Source of the DNA: an uncultured Bacillales bacterium
GTDB lineage: Bacteria > Bacillota_I > Bacilli_A > RFN20 > CAG-826
Assembly: GCA_937892755.1 (NCBI GenBank)
Contig: CALBHT010000086.1
Location: 11 to 64,010 of the forward strand
Direction of reading: 5' to 3'
Length of the DNA: 64,000 bases
Shown here: positions 48,376 through 58,913 of the stretch, one piece after another
Numbering within the stretch: the stretch's first letter is position 1
Layout of the letters: each line of letters opens with the position of its first letter
Position numbers and translations under genes: made by a program
Notes under the pieces: model-generated
The model's input: only the letters and a program-made list of their open reading frames with translations
Database searches by the model: none
What the model was told of the DNA's origin: nothing

Positions 48376-50115
48376 ATGAAAAATAAGCCTCTATTGTTGC
48401 TGTCCACACTATTGCTATTAACGGGCTGCTCATCACCAATTACTAGTAGTGATATCTCTTCAAACAATCAGTCATCAGGGACGGTTGTTTCAAGCGAAGT
48501 CGCCTCCTCATCCAAAAATAATACAGTAACGTCAACGAACGACAGCTCTTCCTCGGGATCGAATGGGGTTTCTGAATCTGGTTCGAGTTCCGTAGAAGCG
48601 TCAAAGGAACAATCTTCATCTAGCGAAAGCGTTGCGAAATATTACGAATTGAAAATGAATTTCAATCCGAAAGTCAACGCGAAAGGTCTCAAACAGAGAT
48701 ATCAAGCGGGCGCGACCGTAAGTTTCACCATCGACTACGATGAAAATGAACTCATCGACGTCAAAGTATTGCTCAATGGTTCCCTCCTTACCCCCACTAG
48801 CGAAAAAGAGTATTCCTTCCTCATGCCGGAACAAGACTCCACCCTTGTCATCACTGGTGAGGAAGCCATCAAGAAATATCACATCACGGAAAATGTCCAA
48901 AACGCGACGCTCAGTTATATCGGGCTTGAAGAAAATGACCGCAACAAAGGACTCGCAGAGGGAAGCGAAGTCAAATTTCAAGTCTTCCCGGATGTAAATT
49001 ACGGCGTAACCTCTATATCCGTCACTTATGTTGACCAAGATGGCATTTCCGTGGAAGCGGATTTGGCGCTAGAAAATAATATCTATGCCTTCCAAATGCC
49101 AGCAGCAAACGTTGTCATCAACGTGGAAACGGGACGCCTATATGAAATCAATTTCCCTAGTTCGGTTAATAACGGATTCGTTATCCGTTACACGGAAGGT
49201 GGAAGTAAAGCCGCTCCTGGAGCAAGCGTCTCCTTCCGTATTGAGCAAACCGATCCTTCCTATTTATTCCGCAGCGTAAGCCTATGGACGAACTTCGATT
49301 TCAGCGGAAAAACGGGCACGGGTGCCGTGAATTGCTATCAAAATGATGATGTTTACACCTTCACGATGCCAGAGAAAAACGTCTATGTCATCGTCAATGC
49401 CGACAAACGTTACGCGGTAAAGACAGAAAAGGATGACAATGTTGATTCCATCACAATTGATAACTCAAAAGATTACTATTCCACTTCGGACGAAATCACC
49501 TTCTCCATTGTCTTCAAAGAAGGATATAAAGCCGACAAGGTCCAGCTTGTGAAGGGGGATGGAAGCATCTCCTTGCTACTACCTAACGAAACCGGCAAAT
49601 ATTCGTTTAAGGGTCTTACAAGTGATGCAACCATTAAAGTCACAAGCAAAGCAATAGACGTCGAAGCGAACTCTTATTGGAGCGGTGATACCATCTATTA
49701 TTACGAAGAAAAGAGTTGGAGAGGCGATTACTACTACTCCTATAAGTATCTGGAAGAAATCACCATTCACCCGGAAACGGAAACGCTCGATATCATCGTC
49801 TATATGAACTCCTTTGACGATGGAGGCGGAGATTATTACGATGCGCGTCGCCCCGTTCGCAAAGCCTATGAAAGCAAAGGAACGCCTGAATGGCAAAAGG
49901 GTGGCGATTGGAGCAAGATGGGCAGCTATCAGTTCACCAACTTGCCTTATACGTTCGATCAAAGTACGAACAAAATGGTCGCTACCGATAGTGAAAGAGA
50001 AAAAACCTATACGCTCACATTCACTATCAAAGACGGAGAAGCCATATCATTATCAATCGACGTAAACGCGTTTAATGACTTCTCCACGGTAAACCAAACA
50101 TTCACGCGCTTCTAA
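48376..50115 (+). CDS. Hypothetical surface lipoprotein with four or more tandem ~90-aa repeat domains.
   Basis: Start MKNKPLLLLSTLLLLTGCSS. The track ORF starts further upstream. Repeats end ...YSFLMPEQDSTLVI, ...YAFQMPAANVVINV, ...YTFTMPEKNVYVIV. Confidence 0.7.
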   Translation: MKNKPLLLLSTLLLLTGCSSPITSSDISSNNQSSGTVVSSEVASSSKNNTVTSTNDSSSSGSNGVSESGSSSVEASKEQSSSSESVAKYYELKMNFNPKVNAKGLKQRYQAGATVSFTIDYDENELIDVKVLLNGSLLTPTSEKEYSFLMPEQDSTLVITGEEAIKKYHITENVQNATLSYIGLEENDRNKGLAEGSEVKFQVFPDVNYGVTSISVTYVDQDGISVEADLALENNIYAFQMPAANVVINVETGRLYEINFPSSVNNGFVIRYTEGGSKAAPGASVSFRIEQTDPSYLFRSVSLWTNFDFSGKTGTGAVNCYQNDDVYTFTMPEKNVYVIVNADKRYAVKTEKDDNVDSITIDNSKDYYSTSDEITFSIVFKEGYKADKVQLVKGDGSISLLLPNETGKYSFKGLTSDATIKVTSKAIDVEANSYWSGDTIYYYEEKSWRGDYYYSYKYLEEITIHPETETLDIIVYMNSFDDGGGDYYDARRPVRKAYESKGTPEWQKGGDWSKMGSYQFTNLPYTFDQSTNKMVATDSEREKTYTLTFTIKDGEAISLSIDVNAFNDFSTVNQTFTRF

Positions 50116-50140
50116 TAATCAGGAAAGGAAAACACATATC

Positions 50141-53100
50141 ATGAAAAACGGAAAATCAATGAAACTCGTTCTTGCGGCAGTCGCCTTACTCGGCGGATTG
50201 TCGCTAGCAAGCTGCGGAGGAAATGGCAATAACAATTCCTCTGAGGCAAGTCGCGTATCGGCTCACTTCCAGGGAGAGGGCGAGCCAGCCACAACGCTAG
50301 GGCAAGACGGGGACACCTATACCGATACCGCGACGAACGTGAATTACACCAAAATCAATGGAGCTTGGGTAAAAAACACAGATTCCAACCATTTTGAGGG
50401 GGCTGGAGTGCCAGATAATTCCATTGGAAAAAACGGAGATACCTATACCGACACAAGCACTGGTAACGAATATACCAAGCAAAACGGCTATTGGGTCAAA
50501 ACGAAAGAAGGCGACAACGTCAACAAAGTCACTGTCAGCTTCGATTTGAATGGCGGCATTATGAGCAATGGTGATGCGACCGTCACCCCGCAAACCATCG
50601 ATCAAGGAAGTTGGGCGCTTGATCCAGGCGATCCAGTCAAAACGCACTGCAATTTCTTAGGCTGGTATGCAGGAAGCGCGAAATGGGATTTCAATACCCC
50701 GGTTTATAAAGACCTTACCCTTATTGCGAAATGGAGTGTCAACGAAGACGAAAAAGTCACCATTACTATCAATCCAGGCAATGGCGGCGAAAGTTATACG
50801 GTTGATACTTTCGAGGGGGATTCCCCACGTCTTGATATTCCTTCCAAAGAAGGTTATTCATTCAAAGGGTGGTATATCGATGGCCAAGAAAGCAAGCCTT
50901 GGACCGGCATTGTCCGTGCGGATGAACTCAATGGTCACACCATCATCGCTTTGTTCGACAAGTCCGCATTCAATTTCAAATTTAAAACAAACGAGGATGG
51001 CACCCTTACCATCACCGGCTTATTGAATATCAATAGCGCTCTTGCTGATATTCCTAGCAGTATTGGTGGCAAAAAGGTCACCGCGATTGGGGAAACGGCT
51101 TTCCAAAGCAGAATCAGCTTGATTCAAGTGAATATCCCCGATAGCGTCACTTCTATCGACCCACGCGCGTTCTTAGGCGCAAGAAAACTCTCGACAATTC
51201 TCGTAAGCGGTTCGAACATCGCTTATAAATCCGAGAATGGTGTTCTTTATTCTCGCGATGGCAATACGCTTGTCTATTGCCCACCAAAGAACACCCAAAG
51301 CACTTTTGACGTTCCTTCTGGCGTCACGAAAATCGGCGATTACGCTTTCTATGGACAAGGGGATGAAGGCATCACCGGCGTGAATCTCCCTGAGGGGCTA
51401 GTTGAAATCGGAAACCGCGCTTTCTATGGCATCAATAATAGTTCCTTCACTTCCATCAGTTTCCCGAACTCTCTTAAGAAGATCGGCGATTACGCCTTTG
51501 CTTATGTCGCTTCTTCTTCAGAAGGAGTCCTCCAGCAAGTTAGTTGGGGAAGCGGCGTTGAAGAAATCGGTTATGCCGCCTTCTTCGGCCAATATTTCAA
51601 GAATGAACTCGTCATTCCTTCCAGCGTAAAGATCATTCGTGAGCGTGCTTTCTCTAACTGCAGCGCGATTACCAAAATCACACTTCCGGCCGGTATTACA
51701 CTCGTGGAGCCTGGCTTTGCCGCGTATGCGCAAGGCATTATGGAAATCGCCATCGCTGGAACGGGCGCAAACGACTATTACAAAGTCGTCAATAACACCC
51801 TTTATTCGGCAGATGGGAAGATTTTAGTTTATAGCCCAGCTAACCGCACTGATTCTACTTCCATCGAAGTTCCTACTGGTGTCACGCAAATCGCAGATTA
51901 TGCTTTCTACTGCAATAAATTCGTGGAAAGCATCACACTTCCTAATACCGTCACTTCCTTAGGAAAAGAATCTTTCCGTGAAGTGTATAAATTAAGTGAA
52001 TTTGTAATGCCAAATAGCGTGCTCACGATGGGTGAAGATTGCTTCTCTGGCTGCACATATATGACGAATTTCACCATCGGAACTGGACTCACAAGACTCC
52101 CCCGCTATTCGTTAAGCGAGACGGGTTTGACTCAAATCAATATTCCGTCCAACATCGTCACCATCGATGATAGCGTCTTCTATAACTGCACGAAGCTAGC
52201 GACTATCAATTTCGCCGAAGGCCTAGAAGAAATCGGTGCTGCCGCTTTCTATATCAGCGCTTATACTGGCGATGAGGAAATTGCCGTTGCTCAGGCTGGC
52301 TCCATTCGAACGCTAGACTTCCCACTTTCATTAAAGAAAATCGGAAGCCGTGCGTTTGCAAATCAAACCAAACTCACCAGCGTCAAATTCGGTAATATCC
52401 AAGAAATGGGCACCGCTGTCTTCGATAGCGCCTCCTCTTTGTCACGTATCAGCAAAAAGACTGGCGCCACCACGATTGAAATCGACGATGCTTCCGTCCT
52501 TTATACCGCCGATCATAAAAAACTGCTCTTTGCGATTACGAATGGCTTAGTTGGCGAACTCACTATGAACAGTGCTACGGAAGAAATCGCCCCTTACGCT
52601 TTCTATGGTTGCAAAGAGATTACAAAAATCACGCTCCCAAGCGGACTGAAGAAAATCGGCGAAGGCGCTTTCGAGAGCGCGGTGAAATCAAGCGACAATA
52701 CGGATTGGACGCTCTTCATTCCGGCTTCTGTCACCGAAATCGGTGAAGCGGCATTCTGTTTCACCAACAAAGTGAGCAAGCTTGAATTCGAGGCAGGTAG
52801 CAAGCTTAAAACAATTGGCAAAGACGCCTTCTGCATGCTTGATATGACAAGTGTCACTTTGCCTGATTCTTTGGAAACCATTGGCGAATCCGCCTTCTCC
52901 AGCAATATGAAACTCACAAATCTCACCCTTGGGAAAGGATTAAAGAGCATCGGTGCGGAAGCGTTTGTCCGCTGCCGCAACCTAACAGGGGACATCGCTC
53001 TTCCAAAGACCCTCACTTCTATTGGGGCGAATGCCTTTGGCGATACAAAAGTAAGTAGCTTCACCTTGGAAGAAGGAAACGCGAGCTTCGCTTTAGAAGG

Positions 53101-53467
53101 CGGCTTCCTTATGGACATAACCAAAGAGCATCTCATTGCTTACTTAGGCAAGCAAGATGGCACCAATATCAGCTTACCTTCTACCGTCAAATACATTGAT
53201 GATTATGCGATGGCTGGCACAACTGCCAAAGTGGTCAATCTGCCAAGCGGCCTCCTTTCAATCGGAGAATGCGCATTTATGGACTCAACGAGCGTTCGTT
53301 TGCTCGACATCCCTGCTTCCGTCACGAATATCGGAGCGAGCGCCTTCCGTGGATGGTCTTCTTCTCAACAAATCAAGATTCATAAGAGCCAAGAAGCCGC
53401 AGCAATCGCTTTCGATGACGAATATCTGAATAGTTGCTATGCGGCCGTCACTTATGTCGCGGAGTAA
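50141..53467 (+). CDS. Giant surface lipoprotein with BspA-type leucine-rich repeats and an Flg_new (Listeria-Bacteroides) repeat.
   Basis: Lipobox LSLASCGG. Duplicated N-terminal 35-aa repeat. FLGWY Flg_new motif. More than 20 LRR_5-like units, for example VTKIGDYAFYG, LKKIGEGAFES, LETIGESAFSS. Confidence 0.75.
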   Translation: MKNGKSMKLVLAAVALLGGLSLASCGGNGNNNSSEASRVSAHFQGEGEPATTLGQDGDTYTDTATNVNYTKINGAWVKNTDSNHFEGAGVPDNSIGKNGDTYTDTSTGNEYTKQNGYWVKTKEGDNVNKVTVSFDLNGGIMSNGDATVTPQTIDQGSWALDPGDPVKTHCNFLGWYAGSAKWDFNTPVYKDLTLIAKWSVNEDEKVTITINPGNGGESYTVDTFEGDSPRLDIPSKEGYSFKGWYIDGQESKPWTGIVRADELNGHTIIALFDKSAFNFKFKTNEDGTLTITGLLNINSALADIPSSIGGKKVTAIGETAFQSRISLIQVNIPDSVTSIDPRAFLGARKLSTILVSGSNIAYKSENGVLYSRDGNTLVYCPPKNTQSTFDVPSGVTKIGDYAFYGQGDEGITGVNLPEGLVEIGNRAFYGINNSSFTSISFPNSLKKIGDYAFAYVASSSEGVLQQVSWGSGVEEIGYAAFFGQYFKNELVIPSSVKIIRERAFSNCSAITKITLPAGITLVEPGFAAYAQGIMEIAIAGTGANDYYKVVNNTLYSADGKILVYSPANRTDSTSIEVPTGVTQIADYAFYCNKFVESITLPNTVTSLGKESFREVYKLSEFVMPNSVLTMGEDCFSGCTYMTNFTIGTGLTRLPRYSLSETGLTQINIPSNIVTIDDSVFYNCTKLATINFAEGLEEIGAAAFYISAYTGDEEIAVAQAGSIRTLDFPLSLKKIGSRAFANQTKLTSVKFGNIQEMGTAVFDSASSLSRISKKTGATTIEIDDASVLYTADHKKLLFAITNGLVGELTMNSATEEIAPYAFYGCKEITKITLPSGLKKIGEGAFESAVKSSDNTDWTLFIPASVTEIGEAAFCFTNKVSKLEFEAGSKLKTIGKDAFCMLDMTSVTLPDSLETIGESAFSSNMKLTNLTLGKGLKSIGAEAFVRCRNLTGDIALPKTLTSIGANAFGDTKVSSFTLEEGNASFALEGGFLMDITKEHLIAYLGKQDGTNISLPSTVKYIDDYAMAGTTAKVVNLPSGLLSIGECAFMDSTSVRLLDIPASVTNIGASAFRGWSSSQQIKIHKSQEAAAIAFDDEYLNSCYAAVTYVAE

Positions 53468-53470
53468 AAT

Positions 53471-54586
53471 ATGAAACGAAATCTAATCCTATTATCAGTT
53501 GCCACATCTTTGCTCGCATTAACGAGCTGCGGAGGGGGAAATAACCCCTCCGTGAATTACCACGTTGCCACATTTCATCTTAATTACGAAACGGAAAATG
53601 AGGCGTATTTATCCCTTGTCGTCAATCTCGATGCGAAACTAGAAGCGCCGACGAATCCGACTCGTGAAGGCTTCGTGTTTGCGAATTGGACCATAGACCA
53701 AGAAAATCAAAACGTCTATGCTGACTTTGGTAAAACGCTCAACAAAGACATTGATTTATATGCTTCTTGGACGCCTATTTCAGAAGTTAGTGACGCTACG
53801 AAACTCGGTATGCTCGTGGATTCTTTAACATCTGTCTCAAGCGGTGCAAACCACGCCTACGCCAAACAAAAGCAGGTGGAATATTACCCACAATTTCAAG
53901 AGTCGCCACTTTCTTATTATCAAGAAAGAGATATCACCCGCTACAAAGACATCACCATCGCGAAATATTACGAAAGCGATACTTCCAAAGACGTTTTGGC
54001 GGAGCAGCAATATCAATATGACAACACCTCTTTCTATAGTTTATTGAAAGACTATGGGAACGAAAGCGGAAGTTCTAAGGTTACTACCGCCTTCGACGCG
54101 ACGCAGATCGACAATTTTCTAAACGTCGATTTTATGAATCTATATGGCGCAGATTTGAAGGCGCTCCTTAAACTTTTGAATAACCCAAATAAGATTCGCG
54201 TCCCTTATGGGGAGGATGATAGCTCTTCTTCCACGAGCGAAACAGAAGAATTCGTGGGCGATTATAGCGCGGAAATGGCCTTCGATCCTAGCGCCTTCTC
54301 TCTTTCTAAAGAATCCTATTCGTTTGCCGTCGCTTATGAGACTTATTACAAAAACGAACAATATGGTTGGATTACGCAATCTTATAGCACCACCGCAACC
54401 ATCAGCTTCTTAAACGGGAAAATCAATCGGGCGATCGTGCAAATGAGTTATTCCTTTGCCTTAAGTGAAGGTCCTTATTATATCAGCGTTTCCTCAGAGA
54501 CATGCTCTTGGAATTATGGCGAATACATAGACTATTCTGGCACGCGTTTCAACCCAGCCGATTTCACGGAAAACACCAATAGTTGA
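53471..54586 (+). CDS. Hypothetical lipoprotein with an N-terminal Flg_new-like repeat.
   Basis: Lipobox LALTSCGG. ...EGFVFANWTIDQ. Translationally coupled, 3 nt after the upstream stop. TGA stop. Confidence 0.65.
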   Translation: MKRNLILLSVATSLLALTSCGGGNNPSVNYHVATFHLNYETENEAYLSLVVNLDAKLEAPTNPTREGFVFANWTIDQENQNVYADFGKTLNKDIDLYASWTPISEVSDATKLGMLVDSLTSVSSGANHAYAKQKQVEYYPQFQESPLSYYQERDITRYKDITIAKYYESDTSKDVLAEQQYQYDNTSFYSLLKDYGNESGSSKVTTAFDATQIDNFLNVDFMNLYGADLKALLKLLNNPNKIRVPYGEDDSSSSTSETEEFVGDYSAEMAFDPSAFSLSKESYSFAVAYETYYKNEQYGWITQSYSTTATISFLNGKINRAIVQMSYSFALSEGPYYISVSSETCSWNYGEYIDYSGTRFNPADFTENTNS

Positions 54587-54602
54587 TTTATCATGTATCA
54601 AA

Positions 54603-54635
54603 GGAAAGCGAGGCACCATGCCCCGCTTTTTTGTT
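54603..54635 (+). terminator. Terminator of the plus-strand lipoprotein gene pair.
   Basis: Stem aaagcg.gg / cc.cgcttt followed by a T6 run. Confidence 0.5.
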
Positions 54636-54718
54636 TGCCTCCGTTCTCGCTATATGGTGAACTTATAAAAACGATAAAGAGCACGATCACCCCCTTTTTT
54701 GCATTCTTAAACAAAAAT

Positions 54719-54751
54719 GCAAAAAGAAAACCCAGGACTAAACCTGGGTCT
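54719..54751 (-). terminator. Terminator downstream of the 1376-aa lipoprotein gene.
   Basis: Stem acccagg/cctgggt with a U-tract in the minus sense. Confidence 0.6.
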
Positions 54752-54766
54752 ATCTTTGAAAACGAA

Positions 54767-57700
54767 TTAGGCGGCTGCGGTGAAGGCGATGTTCTTCAAA
54801 TACGCCGTATCAAGGCCATTGTTGCCAGAGCCGTCTTTTCGGAAGGAGATAACTACAACATCACCCGCTTTCACGGTGATTTTTTGATTATGCCATTCTA
54901 AATCCGCGACAGTATCAACTGGAGCTGGATTGTCAGTTTTGGTAACAATATCATCATCGTTTTTCTTGACGAGCAAATAATCGTAGTTCTTCTCGCCTGA
55001 GGAAGCCCAATCAAAGGAGAATTCGCCATCCTTATAGAAGGTATAAGTGAGAATGCTGCGTCCATTGTTTGTCCCAGTGCATCCGGACTTAAGTGATCCT
55101 GTTACGCCCGTATCCGCGCTTGCATCAACCCACTCTTTACCTTCCTCGATGTCGCCTGTTCCAAGAACGGTATCGCTCGTGGAATTGATTCCGCCAACAT
55201 TCGATTTATCGTAATCCGGAAGTTCTTTGTGTTGAAGTGCGACAACAACGGAAGAAGCAGATGCTTCATCGTTATTTTTCACACAAACATAATACGTTCC
55301 TTTGAAAGCGATGAAGGAAACGGCATCGCCACCCGTCGAGATCGTAGCAACAGGTGTTGCCAAATCCCCTTCTTTGTAGAAAGAGATGGTTGCTGCTCCC
55401 GCCTCTAACGCCTCTGAAGAAATGGTCAATGTCTCAGAAGCGGCAAGAGTGATTTTATTCCAATACCCGTTCGCGCTGGATTGAGCGGTCAGAGAATCTT
55501 TTGCGCTATCAACCATACCAAGATCGCTAGCAACGTCATAGCTATCTCCGACTTGTTTCTCAGCGATACCAAATTTCAAAGTGTCGAATTGATCTGCACT
55601 AAGAGCAGGAATTTTCATCTCGATGAAGTAAGTTTCGCCAGCAGTGAATGCGTATTCGGCATAGGCGCTCCATTTCCCTTTCGTTTCAGGGTGTTTGAAT
55701 TGATCGTCACCGAGATTTTCAATAGCGGTCAACGCAGTGCCATCACTAGAAACGACGCTCTTGATGTTCGTGTCCGCACCATTCTTAGAGCCATCGCCGG
55801 CTAACGTGGACTGGAAGAATAGTTTATAAGTGTTCGTTGCGCTTGCGGTGTAGGAAATCCAGAAGCTATTTTGTGCTTGGCTCGTCACATAGTCCGTGAG
55901 ATCCATGATTCCATCCGTTCCCGCAAAATCAAGCGCAGTTTCTTTGCTGCTGCCGTTTTTCACGGAGTCTTGGCGAGAGAAGCGAACATTGCCAGTCCCA
56001 TCCGCGCCAGAGAGTTTTAACACATAAGAAGTATCTGCCACAGTCTTGAAGGTGATTTTGCCTTTGACTGGAACGTAAAGCGAGGAATACTCGCTCACAA
56101 TCTCTGCGTTTACTCCAGAAGGAAGAGCGCTGACGTCGATGATAAGGTAGTTATCAGCCGATGATTGAATCGAGTAGAAACGGCCAGATACCGTTGAAGT
56201 GAGTTCGACATCAGTGTCAAGCGCTGGAGTGATGGCAAGAGGACATTTGAATTTGTCCCCCGCTTGCACTTCCACTAAGCTGAAGGTAAGCGTCCCCCAT
56301 TTATCCGCTGTCACTTTCGTGCCACTTTCGTAGCCGTAACTACTCTTTGAGGCGCCGCTATAACCAACGCTCATGTAATAAGTGCCCGCTTCTAGCGTGA
56401 TGTCTTCGGTAATCACTGAGGAATTATAAGATGCGGTCTTTTCGAATACTTTTGTGGTCTTATCTTCTTTATAAATAACGACTTTGTTCTTATAGGAAGT
56501 AGACCCTTCGTTGGTCGACAAGGTGTATAGCCCGTCTTTAGCAACGGTGAATGTGTAATAAGCACCGCCTTCATAGCTACCAATTGTCAAATTCACCGGT
56601 TCGACGGTCGCGGTTTCGCCAATGGTATAAGCAAGCGCACTAGCGAAAGAATAACCAGCTGGGGTATCCGTGAAGGAAAGTTTGACCCAGTTATCCGCTT
56701 CGAAGTGAGAGGTGGCATAGTTAGAATAGGCTTCGATGTAGTAGGTATGGCCCTCAACGACACTTAGGCACGAATTGGTGTTGGAAGTGCCTGATGGCTT
56801 CAACAATTCTTTCGTCACATCTTCCCCATCAACGACTTTCAAATTCATATATGGGGTTCCATAAGCAGCCGTCGACATGTTAATGCGATTAAAGAGCACT
56901 TCTTTCGTTGCCGTCGCTGTATATTTGAGAAGAACTTTGTGATCGGTGTCCACCATCTCCGGAATCGCGATTTCATTGCCGAATTCCATTACTTCCGCTT
57001 CGTCAAGAGTATCGTGATCATAAGTCTTGAACTTGAACGCGATGGTCCCGTAATTATGCTTATCGGCGGTTGAAGACATTCTTGCCTTGATGTAATAAGA
57101 AGTACCCGGCTCGCCATATAGACGAATCGAATTGGTGTAACTATACGACATGCACTGCGCCTTCATCGTGTTCGAGACCGAGGCGGTCGTCAAACCCTTG
57201 ATTTCGTTCTTGCTTGCGTCATAGACGGTCATTTCGCCGCCAAGATAAGAAGCGGTTGAAGCGGCTTGGTCCCTCACGCAGTTCGATTCATCGACGGATA
57301 AGTAATACCAATCCGCTTTCGGCGCATCGGAAGGAATACTAAGCTTGATGTATTCGTATTCTTTTCCAGGATAGAGCTCTGCGGTAAAGTTTTCGGCCTG
57401 CTCTGGAGTGATGACTAACGGGTTATCCATAGAATAGCCAGCGGATGGTTCACCATAAACCGCATATAAGTCAAATGGAGCGGTCACTAACGTCGAGAAA
57501 TCGTAAGCTTCTGTCCCCGCTTCATCAAGGAACCACCCTTGGAATTCTTTTCCAGCTAGAACTGGGCTTCCAGGATTTGCGAGAGTTTTTCGGTTACGTG
57601 CATTCACGACTTGATCGCCGGTAACTTCGCCGATTGCACCTTCTCCATAGTGGAATGTGACGGAAGAATAGGTGGTGTCGGCGCAAATCGCATCAATCGC

Positions 57701-58897
57701 GAAGAAACCGTTCCCCTTATTATCGTCCGTTTTTAAAGCATTCCACTGTTCTTCCGTCCCTTTGTAGGTCAAAGAGGCAACGGTGTAACCCGAAGCAAAG
57801 AATGTCTCTGGGAGCGATTCCACAGTCGTATTCACGACGACATTCTTTGCTTGTAAATAGAGAGTGTTACTATTCACGAGATTCTTTGCCGAATATACAA
57901 GATTATCCAACTCGACGGAGCTACCGCCGCCGCTTCTATACCCATAGAATGCACTTTGGCCAATGGAAACGACATTCTCAGGAATATTGATTTTCTTGAG
58001 CTTATCGTTAGAGCCGAATGCGTATGCGTTAATGGTCTTGATGGAGGAAGGCAAAACGTATTCCGTGACAGATCCGCAGCTATTGAAAGCGCCACTGGAG
58101 GTATATACGCCCTTAGGATCTCCGATGGAAGTGACTTCGCCTTTTATAGTCGCGTAATAATCTGTGACTTCGTAATACTTTTCAGGAATCGTGATGACGC
58201 CCGATAGAGTACCTTCTCCTTTTTCAACGTAGTATTCGTTTCCTTCTTCGCCAATTTTGACAAAAGCCAAATCGGTTCTTTGTCCTCTCACGCCGTAGGC
58301 GTTGAAGAGGAAAGACTGATGGGTTTCTTCTTGGGAAGTCGCGGAAAAAGTGACACTGATGGTGTCAAAGGCATGGTCAACAGGAACATTGCGAAGCGTG
58401 TAAACGATGTAATATTTCTTCGCGAAAACGGTCGCATCAATATCCCCCGTCCATTTGATGTTTGCTTCGTCTTTCAAAGAAGAATACACTTCTTTCACAT
58501 CAAAGGTTTGTTCTTCTTTAACGATTGTTTCGTCTTCCTTTGCGGTGTTTTTCTCATCGCGAGGAGTGACGACTTTGCTTGTCACGCTAGCGCTAGAAAG
58601 GCTCTTATACCCATTCAAAACCGCGATGACTCTTACGGAGAGAGTCTTTTCGGTTTCGTTTAGGACTTGATACCCAAAAGCGCTTGCCATTTGGACTTGA
58701 CCTTCTGCAATGGCTTCTCCACTTCTAAGAACGACTTTCGTTCCGATATCGTCAGCGGTTTCCACTTCGTCTTGGATTACGCTTTGAGCCGGTTTTTCAT
58801 CCTTTGGCGCTTCTTTCGTTAAAGCGCAGCCAGCGCCCACAAGCCCCAAGACGGAGGCGAGTGATAGCATCAAAATATTAGAATTGCGTTTTTTCAT
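54767..58897 (-). CDS. Giant surface lipoprotein (1376 aa) with BspA-type LRRs, an Flg_new repeat and beta-rich repeats.
   Basis: Lipobox LVGAGCAL. LRRs IKTINAYAFGSNDKLKKINIPENVVSIGQSAFYG. Flg_new VTFHYGEG...FQGWFLDEAG. Confidence 0.75.
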   Translation of the reverse strand: MKKRNSNILMLSLASVLGLVGAGCALTKEAPKDEKPAQSVIQDEVETADDIGTKVVLRSGEAIAEGQVQMASAFGYQVLNETEKTLSVRVIAVLNGYKSLSSASVTSKVVTPRDEKNTAKEDETIVKEEQTFDVKEVYSSLKDEANIKWTGDIDATVFAKKYYIVYTLRNVPVDHAFDTISVTFSATSQEETHQSFLFNAYGVRGQRTDLAFVKIGEEGNEYYVEKGEGTLSGVITIPEKYYEVTDYYATIKGEVTSIGDPKGVYTSSGAFNSCGSVTEYVLPSSIKTINAYAFGSNDKLKKINIPENVVSIGQSAFYGYRSGGGSSVELDNLVYSAKNLVNSNTLYLQAKNVVVNTTVESLPETFFASGYTVASLTYKGTEEQWNALKTDDNKGNGFFAIDAICADTTYSSVTFHYGEGAIGEVTGDQVVNARNRKTLANPGSPVLAGKEFQGWFLDEAGTEAYDFSTLVTAPFDLYAVYGEPSAGYSMDNPLVITPEQAENFTAELYPGKEYEYIKLSIPSDAPKADWYYLSVDESNCVRDQAASTASYLGGEMTVYDASKNEIKGLTTASVSNTMKAQCMSYSYTNSIRLYGEPGTSYYIKARMSSTADKHNYGTIAFKFKTYDHDTLDEAEVMEFGNEIAIPEMVDTDHKVLLKYTATATKEVLFNRINMSTAAYGTPYMNLKVVDGEDVTKELLKPSGTSNTNSCLSVVEGHTYYIEAYSNYATSHFEADNWVKLSFTDTPAGYSFASALAYTIGETATVEPVNLTIGSYEGGAYYTFTVAKDGLYTLSTNEGSTSYKNKVVIYKEDKTTKVFEKTASYNSSVITEDITLEAGTYYMSVGYSGASKSSYGYESGTKVTADKWGTLTFSLVEVQAGDKFKCPLAITPALDTDVELTSTVSGRFYSIQSSADNYLIIDVSALPSGVNAEIVSEYSSLYVPVKGKITFKTVADTSYVLKLSGADGTGNVRFSRQDSVKNGSSKETALDFAGTDGIMDLTDYVTSQAQNSFWISYTASATNTYKLFFQSTLAGDGSKNGADTNIKSVVSSDGTALTAIENLGDDQFKHPETKGKWSAYAEYAFTAGETYFIEMKIPALSADQFDTLKFGIAEKQVGDSYDVASDLGMVDSAKDSLTAQSSANGYWNKITLAASETLTISSEALEAGAATISFYKEGDLATPVATISTGGDAVSFIAFKGTYYVCVKNNDEASASSVVVALQHKELPDYDKSNVGGINSTSDTVLGTGDIEEGKEWVDASADTGVTGSLKSGCTGTNNGRSILTYTFYKDGEFSFDWASSGEKNYDYLLVKKNDDDIVTKTDNPAPVDTVADLEWHNQKITVKAGDVVVISFRKDGSGNNGLDTAYLKNIAFTAAA

Positions 58898-58913
58898 TGT
58901 TCGTTACCTCTGC

